In this document: in pieces, positions 37,942 to 49,390 of the stretch
Numbering within the stretch: position 1 is the stretch's first letter
Layout of the letters: every line of letters begins with the position of its first letter
DNA from: Tegillarca granosa
Taxonomy: Eukaryota
Direction: 5' to 3'
Assembly: GCA_029721355.1 (NCBI GenBank)
Contig: CM056596.1
Location: 16,256,058 to 16,311,054, forward strand
DNA: 54,997 bases
The notes under the pieces: model-generated
The model's input: only the letters and a program-made list of their open reading frames with translations
Databases searched by the model: none
What the model was told of the DNA's origin: nothing
Made by a program: the position numbers and the translations under genes

Positions 37942-38100
37942 TAAGGATTGAACTTTGATTGTACTGAATTTATTGGGTGATAACTTCAGTTGGTCACGCA
38001 CAAATTTTTTCATGAATGGCTTTGCCATTCATTCAATTTGCGCGTGACCAACTGAAGTTATCACCCAATAAATTCAGTACAATCAAAGTTCAATCCTTAA
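37942..38100. mobile_element. ~160-bp palindromic MITE sharing termini (TAAGGATTGAA...TTCAATCCTTA) with the hairpin ends of the 8871-11382 element. It is flanked by TA.
   Basis: It is a near-perfect hairpin. The 11-bp terminal identity with the element at 8871/11382 points to a Tc1/mariner-type, Stowaway-like MITE family. The upstream 37560-37940 shares short motifs with the internal arms of that larger element. Confidence 0.6.
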
Positions 38101-38444
38101 ATAACATATTCCACTCAGCTCTGTTGAGAGAATGAAGATGATATGGAGCAGACATAGAAATTTTCTCAGGCACTATGACAAATTATTCAGAAAAGTACAC
38201 AGCCATTCTCTGTCTAGATGTGATATCTCTCAAACAACATAAATTTAAAAAGAAAACATTGATCAGGACAAGTCATCCAGTACAATGTACTAAGGTGTAT
38301 AGTTTTGGGTGAGTAAATGAGTTATTGTTTTAATCTGTGTCAGGAATTTTGCACCTACATGTAACCGCGGTTGTGTATAGTTTTGGAATGCTATGTATCA
38401 GTAATAAGGAATGTACAGTGTGAGCATTTATTTTATGAGCAAAC

Positions 38445-38549
38445 CTTTTGGAGTAATATCAACAAATTCTTCATCTGCCTGTAATACCAGTGCTTCATTG
38501 TCTGACAAAATATGTGCATTTTGTACTTTCCCTGTCTCTAACTTCTCTC
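38445..38549 (-). CDS. MVP: MVP exon 10: EKLETGKVQNAHILSDNEALVLQADEEFVDITPK(G)
   Basis: Matches MVP [39 protein letters not shown]. Phase is consistent. Confidence 0.7.
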
Positions 38550-39768
38550 CTACAAACAAAACAATGAAAGTGATTAGATTTATATCTCTGTGTCATTTAC
38601 AGTATATTGAGACATTATATGTAATTGGTAAAGTTGAAGACTCTCATACCTTAGTAACACATTTATGACAATCTGTGGTGAATTTTTTTTTTTTGTGTCA
38701 TCCCTTCCTGAAATAAGACTCTGGTTTTTAAGGTCTCATCCATAGGTCATAGCAAAAAATGAAACTTAATCCACTGTAGATACTTGTATTTCAATACCAT
38801 TACATATACATCAACTAGAATTCAAAATAAATTTTGGAACCTATTTTAATAAAATGGGTCAAATGCTCTTGAATATGAATTTTATCATAAGCTATGTCAG
38901 AGAATAAATCATCCTGTATCAAATGTTCATGCATGTGAAATTGAAAAATAATGCTCATCAGATAATGAGCCATACTAATCCCACTGGCAAATAACAAAAA
39001 AATATTACGGGTAGTTTAACTCTTCATATTTCCTAAATCTTGAATAAGTAATTTTTATTGTAATAAGTCTAGTAATTACATGAATAATACAAAATCAGCC
39101 AAAGTTACAAAGTAATAGATAATTACAGCAGGTTTTATAATAAAAAGGATTTTTTGGCAACAGAATGTTTTGTCACTTCAGTAAAAACAAAACTTTATAC
39201 ATGTACAGTAATGGCACAGTTTACTTGAACAAGACTTTCTCAAATATCAAGTGTAATTTAAAGTTATTATTTGACTCGTATGCTTTTTTATTTTTCATCA
39301 GAAAGACATTTTGAGTTTTGTAATTTTTACTGTATATCTGTACAATATTGATAAAAAAGAAATTCATATCTATTGTACTATCTACAATGAAATGTACACT
39401 TTCAGGTTTAAGTTGTTTTCAACAAGTGTTTGTACATAGTTTGTACAAACTATGATAGTTTGGTTTGTTTTACAAAATTTTCAACCCCAATTGTTTTTTT
39501 TTAATTACAGAACACAAAATATTAACTACAAAAATGTTAATGATTCTAAAGTTATATATATATTTTATCTTTAAGACTTATAATGTTGATTTATACTACG
39601 ACAATATGGTTTACTTGTATGTTGAAATATATTGTAAAACAAACCAAACTATCACAGTTTAGCCATACTATGGCAATATGATATTATAAAGTTACTAGAA
39701 TAACCTGTATTTGCCTTATAAAATATGAATAAAATGTTTATTTATCACAAAACTTCAAAAAGTTTTAC

Positions 39769-39910
39769 CTGGGTGTAAGAAAAATGTGCAATATCCTTTG
39801 CGAAGTTGTCTTTTACCAAGCTGAGGTTTCAGATTTTTATCTACACAATTTACAACAACACCAAACTGTCCTTTGGCAACTACAACCTTTTTTTCTTCAG
39901 AGACCAATGT
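39769..39910 (-). CDS. MVP: MVP exon 9: TLVSEEKKVVVAKGQFGVVVNCVDKNLKPQLGKRQLRKGYCTFFLHPG
   Basis: Matches MVP [34 protein letters not shown]. Acceptor is TTTTCAG and donor is GTAAAA. Confidence 0.8.
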
Positions 39911-40589
39911 CTGAAAAATGGAAAAACCAGTGTCGTAAACAAAAATCTCTAGACCCAAGTCTGAAAAAATGATGACATCAGTGATAAAAATAACCTAAAA
40001 TACTTTAGCAAAAATAAAATGATTTTAAGATCAACTGTCACTGTAGTGTTTTAAATTTGAAATAACTACTCTTTAAACCAGTTCATATTTTTTCCACAAA
40101 ATTAAAGCAATTCAAAAATAAATTTTCTTCAATAAACAGATTTATTGCATGTTTTGACATCAGTAAGTAATTATTTCATAAGGTTTGAAGGTAAAGAAAT
40201 GCATTACTGTTCATCATTTTAACCATAATTCTGGTATTGATTTTTGTCGTCTAGAATTTAACTTAAATTTCTATTTAATTTGAGCAACTGTTTTGCATTT
40301 ATACCAATATAAACTAATTTAAGCACCTTTGATTTTCATCCAAATTTTGTCAATATTTAGACAATTTTTATCAATAAATTGAGCAAACCCAGATTTTTAT
40401 ATCAACAAATTAAATAAAAGAAAAATAGGATCTTTTCTGCTTTTAAAATGAGTGATTAAATAGTTATGAATAAATCTAATAAACATTTTACAAAGTGATT
40501 ATAGTACAAAAACTATTGCTAAAATGTACTTGTCAAGTATAATATGACTGATCATCATTGATCAAAAATTAATAACAGGTGTTGCTTAC

Positions 40590-40656
40590 AATGCCAATTT
40601 CAGGATAATATTCTTCAACATCTTCCCCAGTTATGAGCCATTCTTCGCCAGCAGCT
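40590..40656 (-). CDS. MVP: MVP exon 8: (R)AAGEEWLITGEDVEEYYPEIGI
   Basis: Matches MVP [31 protein letters not shown]. Donor is GTAAGC. Confidence 0.75.
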
Positions 40657-40888
40657 CTGAAAACAGAAAAGTTATACATGTATATATCATCCACAGTAAA
40701 CAACACCATTTTTGATGACAAGGATAACATTACTGCCACAATTTTCAATTATTCACTTTTGTATTTATGTTATGTTGCACAAGGTGTACAAAATGTATGC
40801 AAGAGAGAAAGATCTGTTAATAACTGACTAGATATTTAGTCATGATGTAAACATAAAGTTTGCAGAGAATACTTGCACTAGTACTTAC

Positions 40889-40983
40889 CTCTTAACTCCA
40901 CTTCTATCTATGACTGTCTGCGTAGCTTGGAGTCTTATACCTGTATCTGGGGTTAGTGTAATTTTCCTTTCTACCTTCAGAAC
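40889..40983 (-). CDS. MVP: MVP exon 7: VLKVERKITLTPDTGIRLQATQTVIDRSGVK(R)
   Basis: Matches MVP [33 protein letters not shown]. Acceptor is TTTCAG and donor is GTAAGT. Confidence 0.75.
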
Positions 40984-41403
40984 CTGAAATGATATTACAC
41001 ACATACAATCTATACCATGACACAAATAAAATCATTTTACTGAGACAAATATAAAAAACGTATTTTTTTTCTACATATCAGATTTTAAAATTGATGATTT
41101 GTATCTCATGTAAAACCTTGATATTTGCAAAGGACATAAGACAATTTTTCATCTCTTCTTACACTCTCAGGTTACAATCACGCCTGTGGGTTTTCAAAGG
41201 TGACAAGGAGATTTCTGTTTTTCTGCTACACTATACAATGGTGAAAAACCTAGTGATTAAATTAGATGGTCCATAAGACTAGAAACTGTGGTTCAAAGCA
41301 AGTAGGCTAGCCAAGACTCTTAGAGGATGTTTAATAATATGAGCAACTGAAATAAAATGAATCATATCAAAACTTGTTTTTCATGGGTTGAACACTGACA
41401 GGG

Positions 41404-41832
41404 AGAATAACATTGGCAAGGGGTATAACAATGGTTGAAGATATAACAAGGACAGTGGGTATAACATTGGTAAAATGCATAACACTGGCAAGGAGAATAA
41501 CATTGACAAGGGGTATAACACTTTTAGGAGTTATAACAATGACAAGGGGTATAACAATGGTTGAAGATATAACAAGGACAGTGGGTATAACATTGGTAAA
41601 AAGCTTTTAGGAGTTATAACAATGACAAGGGGTATAACACTGGTAAGGAGCATAACAGTTGCAGGGAGAATAGCACTGGCAAGGGGTATAACATTTATAG
41701 GAGTTATAACATTGGCAGGAGATATAACATTGACTGGGGTTATAACATTGGCACAGGGTATAACAGTGGCAGGGGGTATTACACTTGCAGGAAGTTTAAC
41801 ACTGCCAAGTGGTATAATGTTGACAGGATGTA
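41404..41832. repeat. Minisatellite of about 24 units x 18 bp (GGTATAACAYTGRCARGR) with a ~125-bp higher-order duplication, in an MVP intron
   Basis: The period is 18 bp. The block 41440-41500 is repeated at 41560-41615. Confidence 0.85.
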
Positions 41833-41944
41833 AAACAGCTAGATGTACAGCATACAGTAGACTACATGTATTTTAACCTTTAATGAAACTTTTTATATAT
41901 TTGAAAACATACTGGTTACAATAATAAGATTTCTATATATGTAC

Positions 41945-42014
41945 CTCTTCAAACACATCAGGTACATAAGCTCCAGGTGTACAAATCATCCATTCTTCTC
42001 CTGTAACCCTCTCA
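41945..42014 (-). CDS. MVP: MVP exon 6: [23 protein letters not shown]
   Basis: Matches MVP [23 protein letters not shown]. Acceptor is ATACAG and donor is GTACAT. Confidence 0.8.
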
Positions 42015-42748
42015 CTGTATAAAAAAAATATCACAGTGTACCGGTAATTCAACAAAGGTCAAAGGTTATGAAGAAACAGTATTACTAGAATCATAGGCAC
42101 TTGTTTCTGATAAAAACATTTATTAGAGTACATATATACATATATTGTATAACACAAGGTTCACAGCCTAAATTTTAAGCTAGATTTTTGAACTATTTTC
42201 ATAATAAATAGTTCATATACTAATTTTGCACCTAGGTTGTAAAGTGGTCCCGTAATTTGATACAGGACCAAGTTGTTAAAAACCTTGTTAGCTTAACCAG
42301 ATGGATAGTGAAAATTTGCTATCATGTATATTAATAAATATTTTGAAATCTTCTGTTTAAAAGTTAATGCACACAGCTGTTATTATCAACTAAAAAACAT
42401 TAGTCAAAACCCTATGTCTACAACAAATATATTAAACTTAAAGTTACATTTTGAATTTTCACCAACATATGTTCACTATAATGAATCTTTAAACAACCGG
42501 GCCCTATGTACAACATATGGTCACTATAATGAATCTTTAAACAACCGGGCCCTAAGTAAAGAAATCAGTAAAGCAATTATCAACTGTCATTCTTGTTGCC
42601 AATAGCCACAAGATTACAGATGCAGCATTAAACAAAATACAACAACAACAACAATCATGTTATTTAACATATTCGTTAATCACACTGACAATTTTTTTTA
42701 ACCAGAAAAATCACACTGAGCACAAGATGACCCTATCAAAATACTCAC

Positions 42749-42840
42749 GTTCCTGATCTGTCAGTAAAATCTTGTAAAGCCTTTATTCTGAGAGCTTCAC
42801 CAGTTTTGATGGTACATGGCTCTACTATCTTGTCAATTTC
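42749..42840 (-). CDS. MVP: MVP exon 5: EIDKIVEPCTIKTGEALRIKALQDFTDRSG(T)
   Basis: Matches MVP [32 protein letters not shown]. Donor is GTGAGT. Confidence 0.75.
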
Positions 42841-43009
42841 CTATAAAAATAAAAATATATAAGATCATGTCAAATGTACCTTGATTATTTTGCCATCTCA
42901 CTTAATGTCACTGTTTTTAAGTCACAAAGTAATTTTTTCCAATTTTTTAAAATCCTAAACTAACAACATATTGTCTGCTTTTTTACTGTATCATATATCA
43001 GTCTATCAT

Positions 43010-43012
<3 letters not shown>

Positions 43013-43057
<45 letters not shown>
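43013..43057. repeat. (GT)n microsatellite of about 22 repeats in an MVP intron
   Basis: Read directly from the sequence. Confidence 0.95.
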
Positions 43058-43059
<2 letters not shown>

Positions 43060-43088
43060 TCATGCATGTGTGTCCTATATTTACTAAC

Positions 43089-43316
43089 CACTTCTGGTCT
43101 TGGTATATAGGTGATTGGTCCGACTAACTGCCATTTGTCTCCAGCTTCTCGTTTAGTACCATCATCTTCTTCATGGTCTAATTTGGCATAAAGCCTGATA
43201 GCATAATTAGCTTTTACACAAGGTAAAAGTTTTATTGCTTTAGAGTAATTTGACTGACTGTGTAAAAACCCTGGTGCATCTACAAGTGATTCCCCAGGAT
43301 ATAATGGAAAAGGTGC
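43089..43316 (-). CDS. MVP: MVP exon 4: APFPLYPGESLVDAPGFLHSQ...GDKWQLVGPITYIPRPEV
   Basis: Strong match to MVP DPFPLYPGE...GDEWLFEGPGTYIPRKEV. It is 228 nt in phase 0, with donor GTTAGT and acceptor ATTACAG. Confidence 0.85.
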
Positions 43317-43944
43317 CTGTAATTAACAGAAAACATAGTAATAAAACTTGTATATGTAAGTAAATGCAGTATTACCCATGAGCAGAAAACAATATACATA
43401 CAGTGACCAGGATACTCCAGTAATCTTTTAAACCAAAATTTCTATAGACCTCTCAACCAATTTCACCCAAAACCATAGATTCTCTGAACAGAAAATCACT
43501 GATCTGTAATTTGACTGATCATAAATCTCTGAACAAAGTTGAAAATTTATGAACAACTATAAAACATTTCATTTTTGTATTAGTCTTAACAATAATTTTG
43601 TATTATTTTTATATTTTTAAATAAAATATTTTCAAAAAATTCAAACATCACAAGATTTATAATAAGACTTCAATATTAAAAACATATATATATACAACAT
43701 GGAACTTTGAAAACTACATGTAAGTGTGTAATCATAAGACTTCAATTTCAAATTCTAGTTTTTGAGGTGACCCAATTCTATGTTATTAAACAATTACAAA
43801 AGAGATTGTAAAGAGACCAAATGATGAATTAATTTCATCTCAGGTACAATGTATTTGAAAAATCAGACCTACTAGTACAAGTGTATTTTTGAATTAGGAA
43901 TTCATTTGGTAAACCTTATATATGCAATTGTGTTAACAATAAAA

Positions 43945-44008
43945 AATGACTTACACCATGTAATTTGACTTCATACTGACCAAGTCGAAGTTCACATGCC
44001 TTTCCTGG
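43945..44008 (-). CDS. MVP: MVP exon 3: (S)NYIPGKACELRLGQYEVKLHG
   Basis: Divergent, but the phase is consistent. Donor is GTAAGT and acceptor is TTGTAG. It leads directly into the APFPLYPGE exon. Confidence 0.6.
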
Positions 44009-44130
44009 TATGTAATTACTACAAAAACAAAGATGAGAATTACTAATGATAATATAGATTTTATGGTCAGTAAAATTTATCAGATGCTGTATATATAGAA
44101 ACCACTTAATTTCAAAAAGAAAATGTGCAT

Positions 44131-44132
<2 letters not shown>

Positions 44133-44171
<39 letters not shown>

Positions 44172-44178
44172 GGGGGGG
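44133..44178. repeat. (GT)n microsatellite of about 19 repeats followed by G8, in an MVP intron
   Basis: Read directly from the sequence. Confidence 0.95.
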
Positions 44179-45042
44179 TTATTTGGGTTTTAAGTTTAAA
44201 TCTGTCTGGTTTCTAAAAGATACAAATTCAATTTACAAATTGGTACAGGTCAACTACAGTGAATTTACATATTGATTCTCCCAGGATGGAACTTCTCACT
44301 GATTACTGTAAAATTACAACTGTCATATTATCCATTCCTTAATTAATGCATGTGACTAAAGAGTATACTTAAACTAAGAGCATCTGAACATATGTTCTGA
44401 CAAATGACAATGTATTCATGATATGCAGTAAAGGCCATGGGTACACAGAAGCCTGCTTCAACTTATGAGTTTTCTACAGATCACTCTGAATTCTGCAAAC
44501 CCTTATATCTGATGATAATAAACAATACTTATACTAAACCCCATTGTGGTAAACAGACTTAAATAATAACTGCTGATTGTGCAGTGATTATCTGGTACTT
44601 GTAATATGTTCAAAATCCTAGGTCTTTTGTACAAAAGGGTATAGAAAATAGTTCACATTGCAAATTTCCAATACAGACATTATGAAAAAGTGTCAATGTT
44701 TGCAATTCTATATCTAACAGACATACTAATTATATATACAAACATTATGTAGTATTGTATGGAGTGTTGGTGAAAATAATTACCGGTGTCTTGCTTATCC
44801 TAACCATGATAGTTAGTAATAATTAATTTCAAAACTTAACATATTTGTTGTCTGTATGGTAGTGCTAAAATTTTGTAAACAGTTTCACATGGTTTGCATG
44901 ATGACCATATGTATGTGTGGACTAACAGTCACTAAATATTTCACATAGTTTGCATGTTGACCATCTATATGTGTGGGCTAAAAGTCACTTAATATTTCAA
45001 ATGATTTGTATGTTGACCATTTTCTCTATGGACATAACTTAC

Positions 45043-45176
45043 CTACATGGGTCTTTTATCACACAGTAATGACCAGGTGGTATAATGACCATTGGTGTAG
45101 GTTCTACAACCAGACGTTCATTTGTCCGCAGTGCTATAGTCTGTGGCCCAATCTCTATACGTGTTATATTAGTATT
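45043..45176 (-). CDS. MVP: MVP exon 2: NTNITRIEIGPQTIALRTNERLVVEPTPMVIIPPGHYCVIKDPC
   Basis: Matches MVP [40 protein letters not shown]. Acceptor is CTTAG and donor is GTAAGT. Confidence 0.8.
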
Positions 45177-45339
45177 CTAAGAAAAAAATATTCATTTTTT
45201 TTAAAAAAATGATTAAATTTTGAAATTAATAAACTTGATCCAATATCCATTTTGCAGATTGGCACCTACATATTTAATGCTTGTATATTCATTTTGTATT
45301 TTTGAATGAGGTTCACCTAATGGAAAAATGTGGTGGTAT

Positions 45340-45560
45340 TTGGGTAGGTCAGCACAGTAGGTCCTAGGTTTGAATCCCTTTCAAAATTGCATTTTCATCA
45401 ATGCAACATTTCCCCCATGTGAAGAACATAAGAAAGCAAAGAAAATTTGGGCAGGAATGTAAGAGTCTGGGTAGCTTAATTGGAACAGCAATAGAAAATA
45501 GCATGGTAAGTTCCAGGTTTGAGCCCAGGTCTGACCCTAATTTTTTTCCCAATTACAAAT
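45340..45560 (+). mobile_element. Dimer of tRNA-derived SINE-like units, the same family as 11525-11860, in MVP intron 1
   Basis: It contains AGGTTTGAATCCCTTTCAAAATTGCATTTTCATC and GGGTAGCTTAATTGGAACAGC...AGGTTTGAGCCCAGGTCTGACCC. Confidence 0.5.
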
Positions 45561-45965
45561 GTATTGAGATCTTAAACTGATTGAATGGGTGGAGTTTACA
45601 TGCCATATTCAAGATTTTTTCACCAGTTTTACAAGTGATAAACAATATGGACTCAATGATTTTGATTTGAGGTAGATGAATTGTATAATGGTAGGAAAGA
45701 TTATATCAGGGTTGCTAGGTTGGTAAATTGGTAGACTATCTTAGGTATGCTATATGTACATGTATTGGGAAATAAAGATCTAGAACAATAAAGTCTTGGT
45801 TTTGTAACTACCTTACTTTTTTCTTTGTAAAAATTACCCAGTTTTATGTAAATACCTTTTCAAGTACTTTAAATTTTAATATAAAAATTATATATATATT
45901 AAACTAGACTTCAAATTTTCCTTACCTGCAAATTTTAATTTTTAACTTTTTAAAACATAAATAAA

Positions 45966-47018
45966 CAAGAGGCCCATGGGCCTTAACGCTCACCTGAGGA
46001 TATGGCCAACCTGAGGATATATCCAAAATGTTTTTCAAAATACATAAAATATTCTAATATACATGCCTACAAAAAGTTGAAAGTTTTCAAGATAATTAAA
46101 AATTTGACTGTTTTTATGCATTTATGACCTTGACCTTTAAACGTAAGACCTTGAATATTATATCAGAATAATCACCATATCAATTCCTTCGATATTCTAA
46201 TATACATGCCATACAAAAAGTTAACATTTTTTAAGATAATAAACAATCTCAGTCTTTTTATGCATCTATGACCTTGACCTTTGAATGTATGACCTTGAGC
46301 CATATATTAAAATGTTTGTCATGCCAATACCTACAATATTCTAAAATACATGCCTATACAAAAAGTTTTATAGTTTTCAAGCTAATGCACAATTTTAGTT
46401 CTTTTTAGCAAAAAAAATAACATTTCAGGGGCAACAACTCCTACATGCATTATCATACAGTTACAAAACTTTGTACCTTTTTACATTTTGTCATGCTGAA
46501 CATTTTAACAATGTTTTAATATTATATATCCCTTATAATTTGGAAGAAAATAGCCTAAAACTGCACAAATTACAAACTAGGTCATGACCTTGAACTTTGT
46601 GACCTTGACCCTAATTTGAAGGTCATTTCAAGAAAAAGTCAAAACTGAAAACCCCATGTCAATATCTATTCATATAGTCAAGTTATAATAATTTGAAGCC
46701 ATTTTACGAAATTTTTAAAATTAAACGCAAAAAAGCGTCACCTTGACCTAGTTTTGGAAGCTATGACAACGTCACAAACAAATCTGAATTGCACTGGCCC
46801 ATATATGCATCTGACCAAGTTTCATTGAAATCTACCTTGTAGTTTCAGAAAAGAAGTCGAAAATGTAAAAGTTTACGCCGTGCACGATGACAGACAAATT
46901 TTGATCAGAAAAGCCCACTTGAGCCTTCGTGTTAACGACGCACGCACGCACGCACGCACATACACACGCCGCACCATGCCATAAGCTCACATGACCTTTC
47001 GGTCAGGTGAGCTAAAAA
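45966..47018. mobile_element. Helentron-like non-autonomous element, family copy C, with about 2 monomers of the ~180-bp repeat and a (CGCA)n tract. It lies in MVP intron 1.
   Basis: It starts with AAGAGGCCCATGGGCCTTAACGCTCACCTGAGG and ends with CATGACCTTTCGGTCAGGTGAGCTAAAAA. Its body is collinear with copy A. Confidence 0.6.
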
Positions 47019-47124
47019 TGGTAATAGAAAAATAATTTGTATCATGTTAAAGAAAATTGGAAAATATTCAGAATACACAGTTACCAGTATTTAAGTATAA
47101 GTAATAAATATAGGGAGCTAGTCG

Positions 47125-47712
47125 TTTCGTACTATAACCATTTCGTACCCAATTTTTCCATTTCGTACCCAAATCGGTATGACCGTTTTGTACCATAAGG
47201 TATTTGGTGTTACTACCATTTCGACTTCAATTAAAAGGTTTTCTATTTTTTTTATAAAAAGTACATAATAAAAAATAATAATAAAGTTATTATTACATTT
47301 TTATTGGGGATATTCTTTTTATGGTGTTAGTTTGAATAAAGAAATCAATGCTTATAAAACAAAGTTTTTCGAGTCACGGGCGCTGTTAACTGTCTCGCGT
47401 AACTGAGATCATATCTCCAAATTTTTTTCAACAATTTTACCAACGATTCCATCGTCATCGTTCAATGTATTGTCATTTATAATCTTTTTCTTATCATTAT
47501 GTTTCATCCATTTTCTTAACCGATGAATGAAACTGTGTGGTAAAAAAAATACCATGGTACGAATTGGTATCATAGTGTTAAAACATAAGAAAAATCATAC
47601 TTAACGTTCGCAGTACACTATGGTACGAAATGGTTATGGTACAAAATGGTCATGGTACGAAATGGTTTTAATATGGTACAAAATGGATGGTACGAAACAG
47701 TTATGGTACGAA
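47125..47712. mobile_element. Foldback/MITE-like element with subterminal 12-bp repeats (CCATTTCGTACC on the left arm, GGTACGAAATGG on the right arm), in MVP intron 1
   Basis: The termini AGTCGTTTCGTAC... and ...GTACGAAATGACT are inverted. Each arm carries several copies of GGTACGAAA(T/C)GG, and the element is flanked by TA. Confidence 0.55.
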
Positions 47713-47989
47713 ATGACTATAAACCTAAATATACAGAAAAAATATTTTCATATTAAGCCATAACTAAAATGTCTTAATTCACAAGTCTTGATGTTAAAAA
47801 ATTATAAAATGTATCAAAGTTTCAATGTTTTCAGGAACACATTGAGTGTACATAGTGTACATTGGTAATAGCTTAATCAAATACTTTTCATTTTCATAAT
47901 ATTTTTTCATATTTTAAAAATAAAAATGCATCTGTAGGAGCTGCAATATAAATTAAAATATCATCAAATGCATAAACATATTTTTTTTA

Positions 47990-48025
47990 ATCCATAAATG
48001 TCTTCAAGTGAAGACATTTATGGAT
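47990..48025. other. 36-bp near-perfect palindrome (17-bp arms with a 2-nt loop) in MVP intron 1, about 200 bp from the exon 1 donor
   Basis: The sequence is ATCCATAAATGTCTTCA-AG-TGAAGACATTTATGGAT. Confidence 0.8.
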
Positions 48026-48227
48026 GCATGTACATTTCCTTGTATTTCCTGTACAAATGAAAAGAGCTGCAAGGCTAATGTGTTGCCTAGACCGAGATTT
48101 CTGCGGTCTTTAGATTTATCCTTTTCAATTTTTTTGCCTTGGCGATTGGAGATTGGAGATAGACCGTCAGATTTTCGGACTAATGTGTTGCCCTGTTTAG
48201 TTATTTTCATTTCTAATTATTTTTTAC

Positions 48228-48281
48228 CTGATCCAATATGTGTATAAACTGCAGAGGTTTTAAACCAATAATACTGTTCAT
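48228..48281 (-). CDS. MVP: MVP exon 1 (coding part): MNSIIGLKPLQFIHILDQ
   Basis: Minus-strand ATG at 48279-48281. The peptide matches the conserved MVP N-terminus (..IIRIPPYHYIHVLDQ). Donor is GTAAAA, and phase 0 joins exon 2. Confidence 0.7.
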
Positions 48282-48807
48282 GTTGCACTTTTGAACTGTT
48301 CTGTGCTCTGTTAATTAAAAAAAGCAATTTCTTCCTAGTTTCAGTTTTGGTCTTGTTGTGGAAACAAGGTCACAAGTAATAACACGAATGATTCTTTCAA
48401 CTGAAGTATCGTCATAAATTCTTTTTAACTGCATCAGGGGAGACAACATTACATTGCGAGTTAAAAATAAACATTACTCCAGTAAAACTGGAAATTTATC
48501 ATATGACGTCTGTTATCGTCATATTGACGCATTTGGTGAATTATATCTACGATTTTGAAATGTAATGCTACATTTTTGTGTCATGAATCATTTTCATAAT
48601 TACGTTTTTATTTCCCGGAAATCAGCAATATCATTTTTCAATTTGAATGATACTATCTCCTTAAATCTTTGTAGGGAATACGTTTGTCGTCTACAAATCG
48701 CATGCTATGCACAAACAACGAATATTTGTTTATGACATATGCCCAAACAACGAATACTTGTTTATGAAATATACTGAAGGCAATGTTGTTTATTATTTAT
48801 GCATTTG

Positions 48808-48808
48808 A

Positions 48809-48883
<75 letters not shown>
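48808..48883. repeat. (CT)n microsatellite of about 38 repeats in the MVP/TFIP11 divergent promoter region
   Basis: Read directly from the sequence. Confidence 0.95.
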
Positions 48884-48887
<4 letters not shown>

Positions 48888-49009
48888 CCATTTCCTGGCA
48901 TAAAAACTTACCATGATAAGGGCCTACTTATCACAATGAAAAAAACCTTTAAAAGGGAGACACTGACATCTCATGAAAACTTTTACAGTGACTAAACATA
49001 GGACACTAG

Positions 49010-49390
49010 GGTTGATCCCTCAAAATGTTTATGGTAGCTTTCAATAGATATGTTACATGAAAGAGAAAAAATGCAGCAGCCAAACCAGAACTCGTACATG
49101 GGACCTTCCCAATACTAACTTTACGCTTTACTGACTGAGCTACCCTGCCACCTATCAAGCCCTGCCTGTCACATTTCTCCCTCTTATTTCGATTCAACTA
49201 CTCTGAATCGAAACCACCAAGGTTCAACCCTGGGACCAACCTGTTGGTCAACCAATTTGTAGGGTTGGATGATCCCCCAAATCTAACAGGAAAGGGAACA
49301 AATGCTGTTGCCAAACTGGGACTTGAACCCAGGACCTTCCCAATACTAACAGGATGCTCTACCGACTGAGTTACTTGGCCACCTATCAAG
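49010..49390 (-). mobile_element. Two tandem tRNA-like units, possibly SINE heads or tRNA pseudogenes (anticodon region TTAGTAT), in the MVP/TFIP11 intergenic region
   Basis: The minus strand reads GGCCAAGTAACTCAGTCGGTAGAGCATCCTGTTAGTATTGGGAAGGTCCTGGGTTCAAGTCCCAGTTTGGCA, with good D- and T-arms and 6 of 7 acceptor pairs. The second unit is more degenerate. No clean poly-T terminator follows. Confidence 0.4.

Noticed and set aside
37783-38028. 81-aa minus-strand ORF
   Set aside because: It overlaps the palindromic MITE. A palindrome yields mirror-image ORFs on both strands, so this is not coding.
41413-41876. Plus-strand ORFs encoding (GITLxx)n repeats
   Set aside because: They are an artefact of an 18-bp minisatellite. 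They are antisense to MVP and intronic.
49300-49385. Possible functional tRNA (anticodon loop TTAGTAT) on the minus strand
   Set aside because: The cloverleaf is nearly complete, but acceptor position 1 is mispaired. The neighbouring copy is degenerate, and no poly-T terminator follows. It is kept as a low-confidence tRNA-like or SINE feature.
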